Positions 1 through 8,320 of a stretch of 32,000 nucleotides of DNA are shown piece by piece. The DNA lies in assembly GCF_000092105.1 (NCBI RefSeq), contig NC_014148.1, positions 1,140,001 through 1,172,000 on the forward strand. The letters are read 5' to 3'. The DNA is from Planctopirus limnophila DSM 3776. Lineage in GTDB: Bacteria; Planctomycetota; Planctomycetia; Planctomycetales; Planctomycetaceae. A program made the position numbers and the translations under genes. How positions within the stretch are numbered: position 1 is the stretch's first letter; the number at the start of each line of letters is the position of its first letter. Below the pieces are notes generated by a model that was not told the origin of the DNA, did not search any database, and saw only the letters and a program-made list of their open reading frames with translations.

Positions 1-815
1 GGCTGGTGGTCTTTGCCTTCACCATGTTTCTACTCATGGCCCCGAAGGTCTGGAGTCTGGTGGCTTTGGCGTTTGATCGCCCGCGAAGAGAACAGTTCGG
101 TGGCTGGTCGAAGATTATTCCCAGCGTGCTGATCGAAACCGCCGCCTCAGTGCTCGTGGCGCCCATCATGATGCTGTTTCATACACGATTTGTAATTTCC
201 ACCTTATTGGGCGAGAAAGTGCAGTGGAATGCCCAGAACCGGGGAGATGGTGATATTGATTTTCTGGCGGCCTGCCGGGTTTTTGGCCCGCATACATTGA
301 CCGGGCTGGTGGGAAGTGCCTTGATACTTTTCTTTGCTCCCGGCCTGTTTTTGTGGTTATCGCCCATTCTGCTGGGGTTATCGCTGACCATTCCTTTCTC
401 GAGAATTCTGGGCAGTGTCGAACTGGGGCAATGGCTCGCTCATCGGCGACTGCTCCTGATTCCAGAAGAATCGGAACTCACACCGATTCTCAAGCTGCAG
501 CAGCGTGCTCTGGAACAGCATGAGCAATACGCGAATGCCCATGATCGCAGCCAGTTACTCGGAGAGTTGCTTTCCGACCCGGGCTTTCAAGCATTGCATG
601 CTTCGATCCTGCAGCAGACAGCCGCTGGGCTCCCGGCTCCGGAAGCCAAAGTTCGCGAATGGACTCAAGCCATACTTACTCAAGGGCCCGAGAGTTTGAG
701 TGTCGAGGATCGCCGGCAGCTATTACTCGATCGAGAGGCACTGCGTGAATTGCATATTCAGTATCGAGTGCGGCAATTACATCCCGATCAGGCAGCGACT
801 GCTTCGCCTATGTAG
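1..815 (+). CDS. opgH: Glucans biosynthesis glucosyltransferase H (OpgH/MdoH), C-terminal part; the 5' end lies outside the window
   Basis: The frame is open from the window edge to TAG at 813-815. The translation FHTRFVISTLLGEKVQWNAQNRGDG...HTLTGL...LLIPEE matches, from memory, the C-terminal membrane region of E. coli MdoH (FHSQFV..LLGK.V.W..Q.R.D...H.L.G...LFLIPEE). Confidence 0.8.
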   Translation, partial: LVVFAFTMFLLMAPKVWSLVALAFDRPRREQFGGWSKIIPSVLIETAASVLVAPIMMLFHTRFVISTLLGEKVQWNAQNRGDGDIDFLAACRVFGPHTLTGLVGSALILFFAPGLFLWLSPILLGLSLTIPFSRILGSVELGQWLAHRRLLLIPEESELTPILKLQQRALEQHEQYANAHDRSQLLGELLSDPGFQALHASILQQTAAGLPAPEAKVREWTQAILTQGPESLSVEDRRQLLLDREALRELHIQYRVRQLHPDQAATASPM

Positions 816-843
816 ATGACCTCAATGGATGAGTTTCGGCTGT

Positions 844-2379
844 TTAATAGTTAATCTGGAACTGACAGCGAATGATATCTCCGCGGAATTGTCCATAAGA
901 TGTTCCTGAGGAGCGAGCCGAGACATTTGTACGATCGGCTATCGTGTACTGAGTAGAAAATTCCATCTGCGGATTGATCTGCCACTCGAAACCCAGTTCC
1001 CATTCGTTGATCGTGCCGTAGGGGGCGTTGGCGAAATTCTTGAGTCCACCCTGATAATAGGTGTAGCGACCAAAAGGGAAGATGGTGCCGTGTGACTCGG
1101 TTTCCAGACGGTATAAGGCCATGACATAGCCACCAGTCAATGAGCGTTTGACGACAGCCGTCTGCTCGTCATTGAGGCCGGGGCCATTGCCAATATTCCA
1201 CTCGGCCTGCAAGCCCCAGGGTTGAGGATACCAGACGAACGTCCCTGCCAGGCGCTGATCGACAATGCCACCATCATCTCCGGCTCCAATGGTGCCCGCG
1301 GGGATCATGGCGGGGGGCACACCTAATGGTCGAATGGGAGCAGAGCCCACGACATACTTTCCGGTGTAGGCCTGTACGCCCATTTCGAGAATCTGGCCGT
1401 TATCGAGCTTATGAGGGACAGACAGTCGTGTGTAAAGGTGCAGGTTGTCATTTTCTTCGAGAGTCGAGCCCCCTTGACCGTTAAAAGCCCCAATGCCGAA
1501 GACACCGTAGTTTCCAGAACCTTTGAGACCTCGATCGAGAACTTCTTTGAAAAGGTCCTGAGCTCCTTCAGGTGTCCAGTAGTAGACGACACCCAGATCG
1601 CGCTCGTTTCTGGTCGCTGAGTTAATGCTGTCGCTGCGATCCAGGGGAGCCCGGTTGGAACTGGATTGGAGGTCTTCCCAGCCGTAAGGGACTTTGGACT
1701 GTCCGATACGAACGCGGTGAACTTTATCCTCATCGAAGTACAGATCGCCATACCAGTCGCGGATCTGTGCATAGTAGGTCGAATCGTCACTATCCGGCAC
1801 CGTGGAGGCGAAATCGGTTTGAAGATAGACATACAGATTCTCGGAGACATCGCCTGAGATGATCAGTCGTGCCCGTCGAATGAGAAATGACTGATCATCA
1901 CTGACCGAGCGGTCGCCAATGAGTTGAGCCGGTGCGCCGTCTTCATCGACCACGAAGTTGTATCGAAACTGGGCATAACCCCTGATGCTCAGGCGGTCGT
2001 ACCACTGCTTGGGTTTTGATCCTCCGGGAGTATAGGTCTGCTCATCGACGGTTGTAATCGAAGGGTCTTGAACCTTGCTCCAGCGTTCCTCAAAGACATC
2101 GCGGAACGAGCGGTCATTGTCGACGTTGGAACTTAACTCGCTGTTCAGCCGGGCGATTTCCTGTTCGTTTTTTTCCAGACGCTTCAGCAGTTCGTCGTAG
2201 GAGCCTGGCGCAGGATTGGCAGGAAGCGAAGGATTTGTTTCCGATTCATCGAGACGAACCTTGCCCTCGGTCACAGCGGGAGGTTCTGGAGGCAAGGAGC
2301 TCTCCTGTGCGAACCCCGAGATTCCTAGAGTGGCAGAAATTGCCAATACCAGCACTCGACATCGGGTCGGCAAGGGCAC
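844..2379 (-). CDS. Outer-membrane porin, probably phosphate-selective porin O/P (OprO/OprP-like) family
   Basis: 511-aa ORF with a GTG start preceded by GAGGAG at a 5-nt spacer. It has a signal peptide (LAISATLGISGFAQE) and a short coiled-coil (YDELLKRLEKNEQEIARLNSEL). Beta-barrel-like sequence follows, ending in an aromatic C-terminus (CQFQINY). The family call is from memory, not searched. Confidence 0.55.
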   Translation of the reverse strand: MPLPTRCRVLVLAISATLGISGFAQESSLPPEPPAVTEGKVRLDESETNPSLPANPAPGSYDELLKRLEKNEQEIARLNSELSSNVDNDRSFRDVFEERWSKVQDPSITTVDEQTYTPGGSKPKQWYDRLSIRGYAQFRYNFVVDEDGAPAQLIGDRSVSDDQSFLIRRARLIISGDVSENLYVYLQTDFASTVPDSDDSTYYAQIRDWYGDLYFDEDKVHRVRIGQSKVPYGWEDLQSSSNRAPLDRSDSINSATRNERDLGVVYYWTPEGAQDLFKEVLDRGLKGSGNYGVFGIGAFNGQGGSTLEENDNLHLYTRLSVPHKLDNGQILEMGVQAYTGKYVVGSAPIRPLGVPPAMIPAGTIGAGDDGGIVDQRLAGTFVWYPQPWGLQAEWNIGNGPGLNDEQTAVVKRSLTGGYVMALYRLETESHGTIFPFGRYTYYQGGLKNFANAPYGTINEWELGFEWQINPQMEFSTQYTIADRTNVSARSSGTSYGQFRGDIIRCQFQINY

Positions 2380-2565
2380 GATGGCTCCTCTGAGTCAATG
2401 GAAAATCCTACGCTCTCAGAATTATCGTCATAACCGGCAAAGTTGTTGACGGTTTTCAGGCGATTCTGTTGATTCTCCGTCAAGTGCGATGCCTCGAGTT
2501 CGTTCATGGATTGTTCGGCAGAAGTTTGCCGGTGTTAAAGCCAATCTGATGTTGAAAGGCTTAGA

Positions 2566-2605
2566 GACCACGCCCTTTCGCAAGGCCTTCAGGGTCGTGC
2601 CACCC
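2566..2605. repeat. Dispersed intergenic repeat, family A, copy 1 (GACCACGCCCTT.CGCA...GGCCTTCAGGG(T)CGTGCCACCC)
   Basis: It shares two blocks with 22710-22761: a 12-nt identical block followed by CGCA, and a 21-nt block with one inserted T. CACGCCCT and AGGG(T)CGTG can pair as a hairpin. Confidence 0.6.
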
Positions 2606-2612
2606 AGACTAT

Positions 2613-2656
2613 AAAAAAAGAGACCTCACCTTGTCGTAACAAAGTGAGGTCTCTTT
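2613..2656 (-). terminator. Rho-independent terminator downstream of rpoD
   Basis: Perfect 11-bp stem AGAGACCTCAC (2619-2629) / GTGAGGTCTCT (2644-2654), extendable by two A-T pairs. On the minus strand it is followed by a T-run (complement of A2613-A2619). It lies about 40 nt past the rpoD stop. Confidence 0.75.
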
Positions 2657-2697
2657 AGAAAAACAGATGGAGAGATTTCTCGACTCGAATCAGGTCA

Positions 2698-4431
2698 TCA
2701 GTTGGCTGCCGCGAGTGTCATGGAGTCTTTGCGCCGACGTGCTGCAGGTGAACTTTTCGATTCTTCAGAAAGAATCGTATCCGAGTTCAGCAGTGCACCG
2801 GGGGCAGCAGGGTTCGGAAGGAGATCTTCCACGAAGCCTTGCAGGTGATGAGCACGCGTGTGGTGCTGCAACTTCTTGAGAGCCTTCGATTCAATCTGGC
2901 GGATACGCTCGCGAGTGACCTTAAAAATTCGGCCCGTTTCTTCGAGAGTGTAGCTGTAGCCGTCGCCCAGGCCGTAACGCAAACGAATGATTTCCCGTTC
3001 GCGATACGTCAGGCTGCGGAGCACGATATCGATCTTATCCCGCAGCATTTCACGCAGGGCGTTGTCGGCTGGAGTCGATTCGTGACTATCTTCCAGGAAA
3101 TCACCAAAGCTGGAGTCTTCGCTTTCACCGATCGGTGTATCGAGACTCATCGGGTGCTTCCAGGTCTTCATGATTCGTTCGGTATCTTCGACCGACATAT
3201 CGACGGCCAGTGCCAGCTCCTCGATGGTTGGCTCGCGACCTGTTTCCTGGCGGATCTGTTCGCTCTTGTTCTTCAGCGTGGAAATGCTTTGGAACATGTG
3301 GACTGGAATACGAATCGTCCGGGCATGATCGGCAACGGCACGGGTAATCGCCTGACGAATCCACCATGTGGCGTAGGTGGAGAACTTATAACCACGGCGG
3401 AATTCGTACTTCTCGACACCACGCATCAGACCGGCATTTCCTTCCTGAATCAGGTCGAGAAAGCTCAGGCCCCGGTTGCGATACTTCTTGGCAATCGAGA
3501 CCACCAGCCTGAGGTTACCGCCAGAAAGCTGCTGCTTGGAACGTGTCCAGCCACCAAATTTTTCGAGAACTCGGCGAATGCGCTTCTGGAAATCGGCTGG
3601 CAGTTCCTGCACATCCTGAATCAACCCTTCCAGTTCGGCTTCAGCGGCAGCCACGTCAGCGGCTGTCATCGGCATCTTGCGAATCTGGCGGGCAGAAATC
3701 TGCTTCTGGAGTTCTGTCATCCGAAGCGAGATCTGTTCCATACGCCGCATGACAGGCTGGAGCCTTTGTGTGCGGACACTGAGTTCTTCACAGAGGGTGG
3801 CCAGCTTGCTGCGACGAATGGCCATGCGTTCGCGAATGACGGCTTCTTCGGGAGTCCCGATGGCTGCTCGAAGGAGTGTGAAATCCTGCTTGTTCTCATC
3901 GAGCATGCGCTCAATGGTCGGCAGATTGTGAGGCATACGAGCCAGAATCTGATCTTTCTGAACGCTTTCGGTATCTGAAGTCCGCAATGTGCGCTCAAAG
4001 GGAAGTTCCCCGAGCCGGACTTTGTGAACCGTATCGACAACAATGCGAATCGCGAAATCGGATTCGAGCATGCGTCGGCGGAACCAGCGGCGAGTCATTT
4101 CGATTTGTTTGGCCAGGTAGATTTCCCGTTCGCGTGTCAGCAGGGGGATGTGGCCCATCTGGCTCAAGTACATGCGAATCGGATCACGCGAGCTGGAGTT
4201 GGATTCCGGCTCAAGCATTTCCAGCGGAGGCAACGATTGCAGTGGATCAATACCACCCTCAGGCTCAACGGCATCGAGACCGGCAGCCTCAAGGGCCATG
4301 ATGAGTTCGTCAACGAGGGCAGGATCACCCCCTTCATCAGGGATGTACCTGTCGATTTCCGCGTACGTCAGAAAGCCGCGCGAGGCGCCCTGATTCAGCA
4401 GTTCACGAAGTGCGAGTTGTGATTGATCCAT
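2698..4431 (-). CDS. rpoD: Primary (housekeeping) RNA polymerase sigma-70 factor RpoD/SigA
   Basis: Region 1.2 DPIRMYLSQMG. Region 2 NLRLVVSIAKKYRNRGLSFLDLIQEGNAGLMRGVEKYEFRRGYKFSTYATWWIRQAI. Region 4.2 TLEETGRIFKVTRERIRQIESKALKKL. The ATG at 4431 has AAGGAGG about 10 nt upstream; the TTG at 4440 from the ORF track is too close to that SD. Confidence 0.95.
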   Translation of the reverse strand: MDQSQLALRELLNQGASRGFLTYAEIDRYIPDEGGDPALVDELIMALEAAGLDAVEPEGGIDPLQSLPPLEMLEPESNSSSRDPIRMYLSQMGHIPLLTREREIYLAKQIEMTRRWFRRRMLESDFAIRIVVDTVHKVRLGELPFERTLRTSDTESVQKDQILARMPHNLPTIERMLDENKQDFTLLRAAIGTPEEAVIRERMAIRRSKLATLCEELSVRTQRLQPVMRRMEQISLRMTELQKQISARQIRKMPMTAADVAAAEAELEGLIQDVQELPADFQKRIRRVLEKFGGWTRSKQQLSGGNLRLVVSIAKKYRNRGLSFLDLIQEGNAGLMRGVEKYEFRRGYKFSTYATWWIRQAITRAVADHARTIRIPVHMFQSISTLKNKSEQIRQETGREPTIEELALAVDMSVEDTERIMKTWKHPMSLDTPIGESEDSSFGDFLEDSHESTPADNALREMLRDKIDIVLRSLTYREREIIRLRYGLGDGYSYTLEETGRIFKVTRERIRQIESKALKKLQHHTRAHHLQGFVEDLLPNPAAPGALLNSDTILSEESKSSPAARRRKDSMTLAAAN

Positions 4432-5004
4432 AAGTGTCAAACCTCCTTGTCGAGACAGCTTCCGATCGCATTAACCAGAGCGATGGCGGTACCTTGACCG
4501 TATCACTTTGGCATGGAGCCGCCCGACGAGCATGCAAAAAAACTGCTCGTAACCCCCGGGCCGGCGATCCACGTCGCAAACGTACCACAGGGAAAGAACG
4601 AATCTGGCTGATCATCAATCAAATCTTACGGCATCATGCCTTCAGATCTTATTGGTCAGTCCAGTCTGCTTAGCAGGATCGGCCTCCATGGCTCAGGCAG
4701 AACAAAGCCTGCAAACCAAGGCAACGACCGTCGCGTCGACAGCTTCCATTCTCTCTCTGCGATCAATTGCTTGCGAAATGCTAACGTCGAGAGAAGAAAA
4801 CTTCTGCGAAATCTGCCGCATTCGATAATTTTTTTCCAAAAATTTTCTTGCACAACTGACTTCGATTCATCTCGCGATCAAAACGCTCGATTTTTTCTGT
4901 CCAGTTGTGCACCTTCACTCCCTTCGTTTGCTGAAAGATTTTCTAGTTGACGAGATTGTCAGGACGTCAATTCGTCTCGAATGCTGATTCGGCTCTATCG
5001 AGCG

Positions 5005-5034
5005 TTGATTCAACAAATTCGCCACTGCTATACT
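5005..5034 (+). promoter_or_regulatory. Candidate sigma-70 promoter for citrate synthase (TTGATT-18 nt-TATACT)
   Basis: TTGATT at 5005-5010 and TATACT at 5029-5034, about 95 nt upstream of the ATG at 5128. This is a motif match only. Confidence 0.3.
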
Positions 5035-5127
5035 CATGTGGTGACGACTTTTGTGTCAATCACTGCTACCACCGGATCAATCCGCCAACATCACCAGCCT
5101 TTGCCTGAACACGAGAAAGCCCACCCA

Positions 5128-6273
5128 ATGTCCGACGCTACGCTCGACAAGGAAAAAATCGCTGCCAAAGGTCTCAAAGGGATCGTGGCTGCTGATTCTC
5201 AAGTCTGTGATGTGGATGGCGATCTGGGCAAACTGATTTATCGCGGCTTTAACATTCACGAACTGGCTGAGTCGAGCACGTTTGAAGAAACGTCTTACCT
5301 GCTTCTGCTTGGCGAACTCCCTACGGCAACACAACTGAAGGAGTTTACTGAACTTCTGATTCACCATCGTGAGATCGATGCCCCTGTTCTCGACTGTCTG
5401 AAATCTTTGCCACCCAGCACCCCGCCGATGACAGCTTTGCGGACTGCGGTGTCGATCTCTGGATGTTACGACCCGCTGGCCGAGGACAACTCGCGAGCCG
5501 CGAATCTGGAGAAATCTGTTCGCCTCACAGCCGAAATGGCAACGATTACTGCCGCCTTCCGCCGCTTGCGAGAAGGTCTCGAACCGATTGCTCCCCGCAA
5601 GGATCTCAGCCATGCGGGCAATTTCATGTATATGCTCAATGGGACAGTTCCATCCGAAGATGCTACCCGAGCGATGGATCTGATTCTGATTCTGCATGCC
5701 GAGCATGGGCTGAATGCCAGCACGTTTGCCGCCCGTGTGATTGCTGCCACTCTGGCCGATCTTTACTCGGCTGTCACAGGTGCGATTGGTGCCCTCAAGG
5801 GGCCACTTCACGGTGGTGCGAATACTGAAGTGCTGAAGGTTCTCATGGAAATCGGCAGCGTGGACAACGTGGCCAGCTATGTGGAAACAACCCGGGCGAA
5901 CAAGGGCAAGTTCATGGGCTTTGGCCATGCGGTCTATAAAGTGGAAGACCCACGGGCTCGCCATCTGAAAGCACTCTCCGAGCGACTGGGGAAAGAAACG
6001 GGAGATCCCAAGTGGTACGACATGTCGATCCTGATGGAGCGGCTGGTGCGTGAGTCGATCAACCGATATTGCAACGTCGATTTCTACTCGGCCAGTCTGC
6101 AGCACTATATGGGGATTCCCGGCGATCTGTTCACCTGTGTTTTCGCCACCAGCCGGATTGTCGGGTGGTGTGCCCATGTGCTTGAACAACTGGCTGATAA
6201 CAAGATCATCCGGCCCTCTTCGAATTACATCGGTGCACCAGAACGTCATTACGTTCCCGTGAGCCAGCGATAA
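5128..6273 (+). CDS. gltA: Citrate synthase (short, ~380-aa type; 2-methylcitrate synthase cannot be excluded)
   Basis: Signature GFGHAVYKVEDPRARHLK, plus LHAEHGLNASTFAARV and DFYSAS. Homology begins at MSDATLDKEKIAAKGLKGIVA (ATG 5128). The 49-codon extension to 4981 in the ORF track covers the putative promoter. Confidence 0.9.
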   Translation: MSDATLDKEKIAAKGLKGIVAADSQVCDVDGDLGKLIYRGFNIHELAESSTFEETSYLLLLGELPTATQLKEFTELLIHHREIDAPVLDCLKSLPPSTPPMTALRTAVSISGCYDPLAEDNSRAANLEKSVRLTAEMATITAAFRRLREGLEPIAPRKDLSHAGNFMYMLNGTVPSEDATRAMDLILILHAEHGLNASTFAARVIAATLADLYSAVTGAIGALKGPLHGGANTEVLKVLMEIGSVDNVASYVETTRANKGKFMGFGHAVYKVEDPRARHLKALSERLGKETGDPKWYDMSILMERLVRESINRYCNVDFYSASLQHYMGIPGDLFTCVFATSRIVGWCAHVLEQLADNKIIRPSSNYIGAPERHYVPVSQR

Positions 6274-6381
6274 CGCGTCGATTGATGACGGGTTTGGCCT
6301 GTGCGAGTGAGGTTAAGTCTTGGCCCGCATCGACTACGTCACGATAGAGCAAGGCCAAAGAAGTCTGGTAAGGCCGAAAGT

Positions 6382-6801
6382 ATGACCTCTGCCAGGCTTC
6401 TGATTTTTCTGGACTGGACGGCTGGGGCTGGTGCAGGAGTACTCATGATTCTCCTGCGCTATTGGCTCGCCGAACTTTATCATTTGCCTGCAGGGCTAAT
6501 GTTGACGTTCGGGATGGTAAATCTGGCCTATGCGAGTTTTTCGTTCATTCTTTGGCTGCTGAGTCGTCAGGATCATGTCCCCGGGCTGCAGATTATCGCC
6601 GCAGCGAACATTCTGTGGGCCATCGTCTGTCTGGTGATGTTCTTTGTCTGGTGGGGTACCGCGAGTTTTCTGGGAGCCGGGCATTTTGTCGGTGAGGCGT
6701 TGATTGTCGGTGGGATGGGTCTCCTCGAATGGAGAGTTGCCAATCATCAATCAGTACCATCCCTGCCTAGCGAAGTTTCGTCTGACCGAGATATCCCGTA
6801 A
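6382..6801 (+). CDS. Small integral membrane protein (about 4 TM helices), function unknown
   Basis: ATG at 6382 preceded by AAGG..GAAAG. Four hydrophobic stretches (LLIFLDWTAGAGAGVLMILL, LMLTFGMVNLAYASFSFILWLL, IIAAANILWAIVCLVMFFVWW, FLGAGHFVGEALIVGGMGLL). Its stop lies 8 nt before the next start. Confidence 0.5.
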   Translation: MTSARLLIFLDWTAGAGAGVLMILLRYWLAELYHLPAGLMLTFGMVNLAYASFSFILWLLSRQDHVPGLQIIAAANILWAIVCLVMFFVWWGTASFLGAGHFVGEALIVGGMGLLEWRVANHQSVPSLPSEVSSDRDIP

Positions 6802-6809
6802 GGCTGGCG

Positions 6810-8078
6810 ATGATGGTGGAGTCAGCATTGAAAGTGGCAACGCGTCTGGAGCCGATTCCTGCCTCCTGGCAACAGTATTTGATCGAAACGTGCCGCCAGA
6901 ATTTTGACTGGTTGAGTCAAGTTTCTGAGTTGGAAATTCAACGGGTTCAAAGTGCCGCCTTCAGTGGTGCTCAGGTTTTTCAGTTGCATGTACCAGAGCT
7001 CGGGCAGTTTGCACTCAGGCTCTGGCCGACTGATGCCATGCCACCCGCGCGATTGACGGGGCTCCACGCCTTGTTGCGGCATACACAGCAACTTGGGTTA
7101 CCAGTTGCTGCTCCTGTGCCTGTTTCAAAGCGTAAGGTCGCTCAAGGAACCATGAGTTGCTTTTGGATCATGGCCAATTCACCGCGATTGACCGGCTCGA
7201 TTTCAGCGAGCATTGACAGACTGCGCACGAACTCTTCGGGCATGAATACGTTGGGCCGGGAGGAAGATTTCCTCTGCCAGCTAGAACCGTGGCTGAAGGG
7301 GCAACCACTCGATGCCAATCATCTCGATGAGTCAGACGCGACTAAAGCCATGGCCATGCTGGCGCGCTGGCATACGGCTGCCAGTTCTTTTGCACCACCG
7401 CCATCGTGCCAGGCATGGTTTGGTCCGAGCCACCAGGGCGTTTCGCCGACAGTTCTCAAATGTCTGGCCAAGCTTACCCGCCAAGAGGCTGGGCTGGCCC
7501 ATCGTGATGCGGTGGAACATGGCGTTGGGGAAACTCGTCTCAACAGTTTCGATGATTTTGGGTGTTTGGCTAAACTTCGCAAGCTAGCTCAACTTGTCGA
7601 TGGTTTGATTCCACTAATCACCCGGGAATTGGCACCCTGGGCGCACCAAAAAATTCCGCTCACGCCGTGCTGGGGCGATTTCTGGTGCCAGCATGTTCTC
7701 ATGGAGCATGGTGAGGTTTCCGGGTTACTCGATGCGACGGCCGCTCGAACAGATTCCGTCGCCATTGATCTTGCGAGGTTTCTGGGAAGTCTTCATATCA
7801 TCAGGCCTTCCACCCGGGAGCTGTGTTTTGAAGTTTATCGTGGTGTTCGTTCATTCTCCGAAATCGAGATTCGCCTTGCCCGTGTCATGGAGCGAGTGGG
7901 CTTGCTGATGGCGGGGATGTTCTGGATCGAATCATTGATTGGGAAAAACGCCCGAGATCACCAGTCACGGAATCTGCAGCAGTGGCAGATGATCTCGATG
8001 CGATTGGACTGGCTGTTGTGCCGCCTGAGTCTTCTGCATGCCGAGCTGCTGGAGAATCCAGGGCTTAACTTGAGATAG
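6810..8078 (+). CDS. Kinase-fold phosphotransferase (APH / CotS / choline-kinase-like superfamily) with an atypical catalytic loop
   Basis: The C-terminal lobe pattern CWGDFWCQHVLMEHGEVSGLLDATAARTDSVAIDLARFL corresponds to the HGDxxxxN ... IDxD ... DLA layout of APH-type kinases. Here His is replaced by Trp and Asn by His. The N-terminal lobe is poorly recognisable. Confidence 0.55.
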   Translation: MMVESALKVATRLEPIPASWQQYLIETCRQNFDWLSQVSELEIQRVQSAAFSGAQVFQLHVPELGQFALRLWPTDAMPPARLTGLHALLRHTQQLGLPVAAPVPVSKRKVAQGTMSCFWIMANSPRLTGSISASIDRLRTNSSGMNTLGREEDFLCQLEPWLKGQPLDANHLDESDATKAMAMLARWHTAASSFAPPPSCQAWFGPSHQGVSPTVLKCLAKLTRQEAGLAHRDAVEHGVGETRLNSFDDFGCLAKLRKLAQLVDGLIPLITRELAPWAHQKIPLTPCWGDFWCQHVLMEHGEVSGLLDATAARTDSVAIDLARFLGSLHIIRPSTRELCFEVYRGVRSFSEIEIRLARVMERVGLLMAGMFWIESLIGKNARDHQSRNLQQWQMISMRLDWLLCRLSLLHAELLENPGLNLR

Positions 8079-8130
8079 GCGTGAATGTTACGTTGCCAGT
8101 CGATTGTTCCTCATCCAGGGAGAATCGGGA

Positions 8131-8159
8131 TTGACGAAGTCTGGTTTTACAGGGATTAT
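8131..8159 (+). promoter_or_regulatory. Candidate sigma-70 promoter for the hldE operon (TTGACG-17 nt-GATTAT)
   Basis: TTGACG at 8131-8136 and GATTAT at 8154-8159, about 160 nt upstream of the hldE ATG. This is a motif match only. Confidence 0.3.
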
Positions 8160-8320
8160 CCCGGATTGCGTGAGCCAACTTGAGTCGAGAAGTCCTGTGA
8201 TGGGAGCCCTTCGTCGGTTCAAAAAGGGCATTCAGACAAGCTGGCAAATGTCAGGAAGACACTTTTCGCTGTGGTAACAGATTGCCAGCAGCGATTTACT
8301 TAAGGCAGGGATTGCCAAGG

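Noticed and set aside
1323-1850. 175-aa alternative-frame ORF on the same strand inside the porin gene
   Set aside because: It is fully embedded in a longer ORF that has a signal peptide and beta-barrel features. There is no independent start context.
2839-3978. 379-aa ORF on the + strand, antisense to rpoD
   Set aside because: It is in the codon-aligned antisense frame (2839-2698 is a multiple of 3), where stops arise only from sense TTA/CTA/TCA codons. A highly expressed, strongly biased gene avoids these. The translation is low-information and lacks an SD or start context. It is a shadow ORF.
4981-5127. N-terminal extensions proposed by the ORF track: citrate synthase from 4981, and likewise 6301, 8282, 10733, 21402 and 24989 for other genes
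   Set aside because: Homology-like sequence begins at internal ATGs that have SD-like motifs. The extensions overlap upstream genes (10733 overlaps waaF by 212 nt), cover promoter-like sequence, or use TTG or GTG starts without an SD.
5077-6249. 390-aa ORF on the - strand, antisense to citrate synthase
   Set aside because: The explanation is the same codon-aligned shadow frame. The sense strand carries unambiguous citrate synthase signatures.
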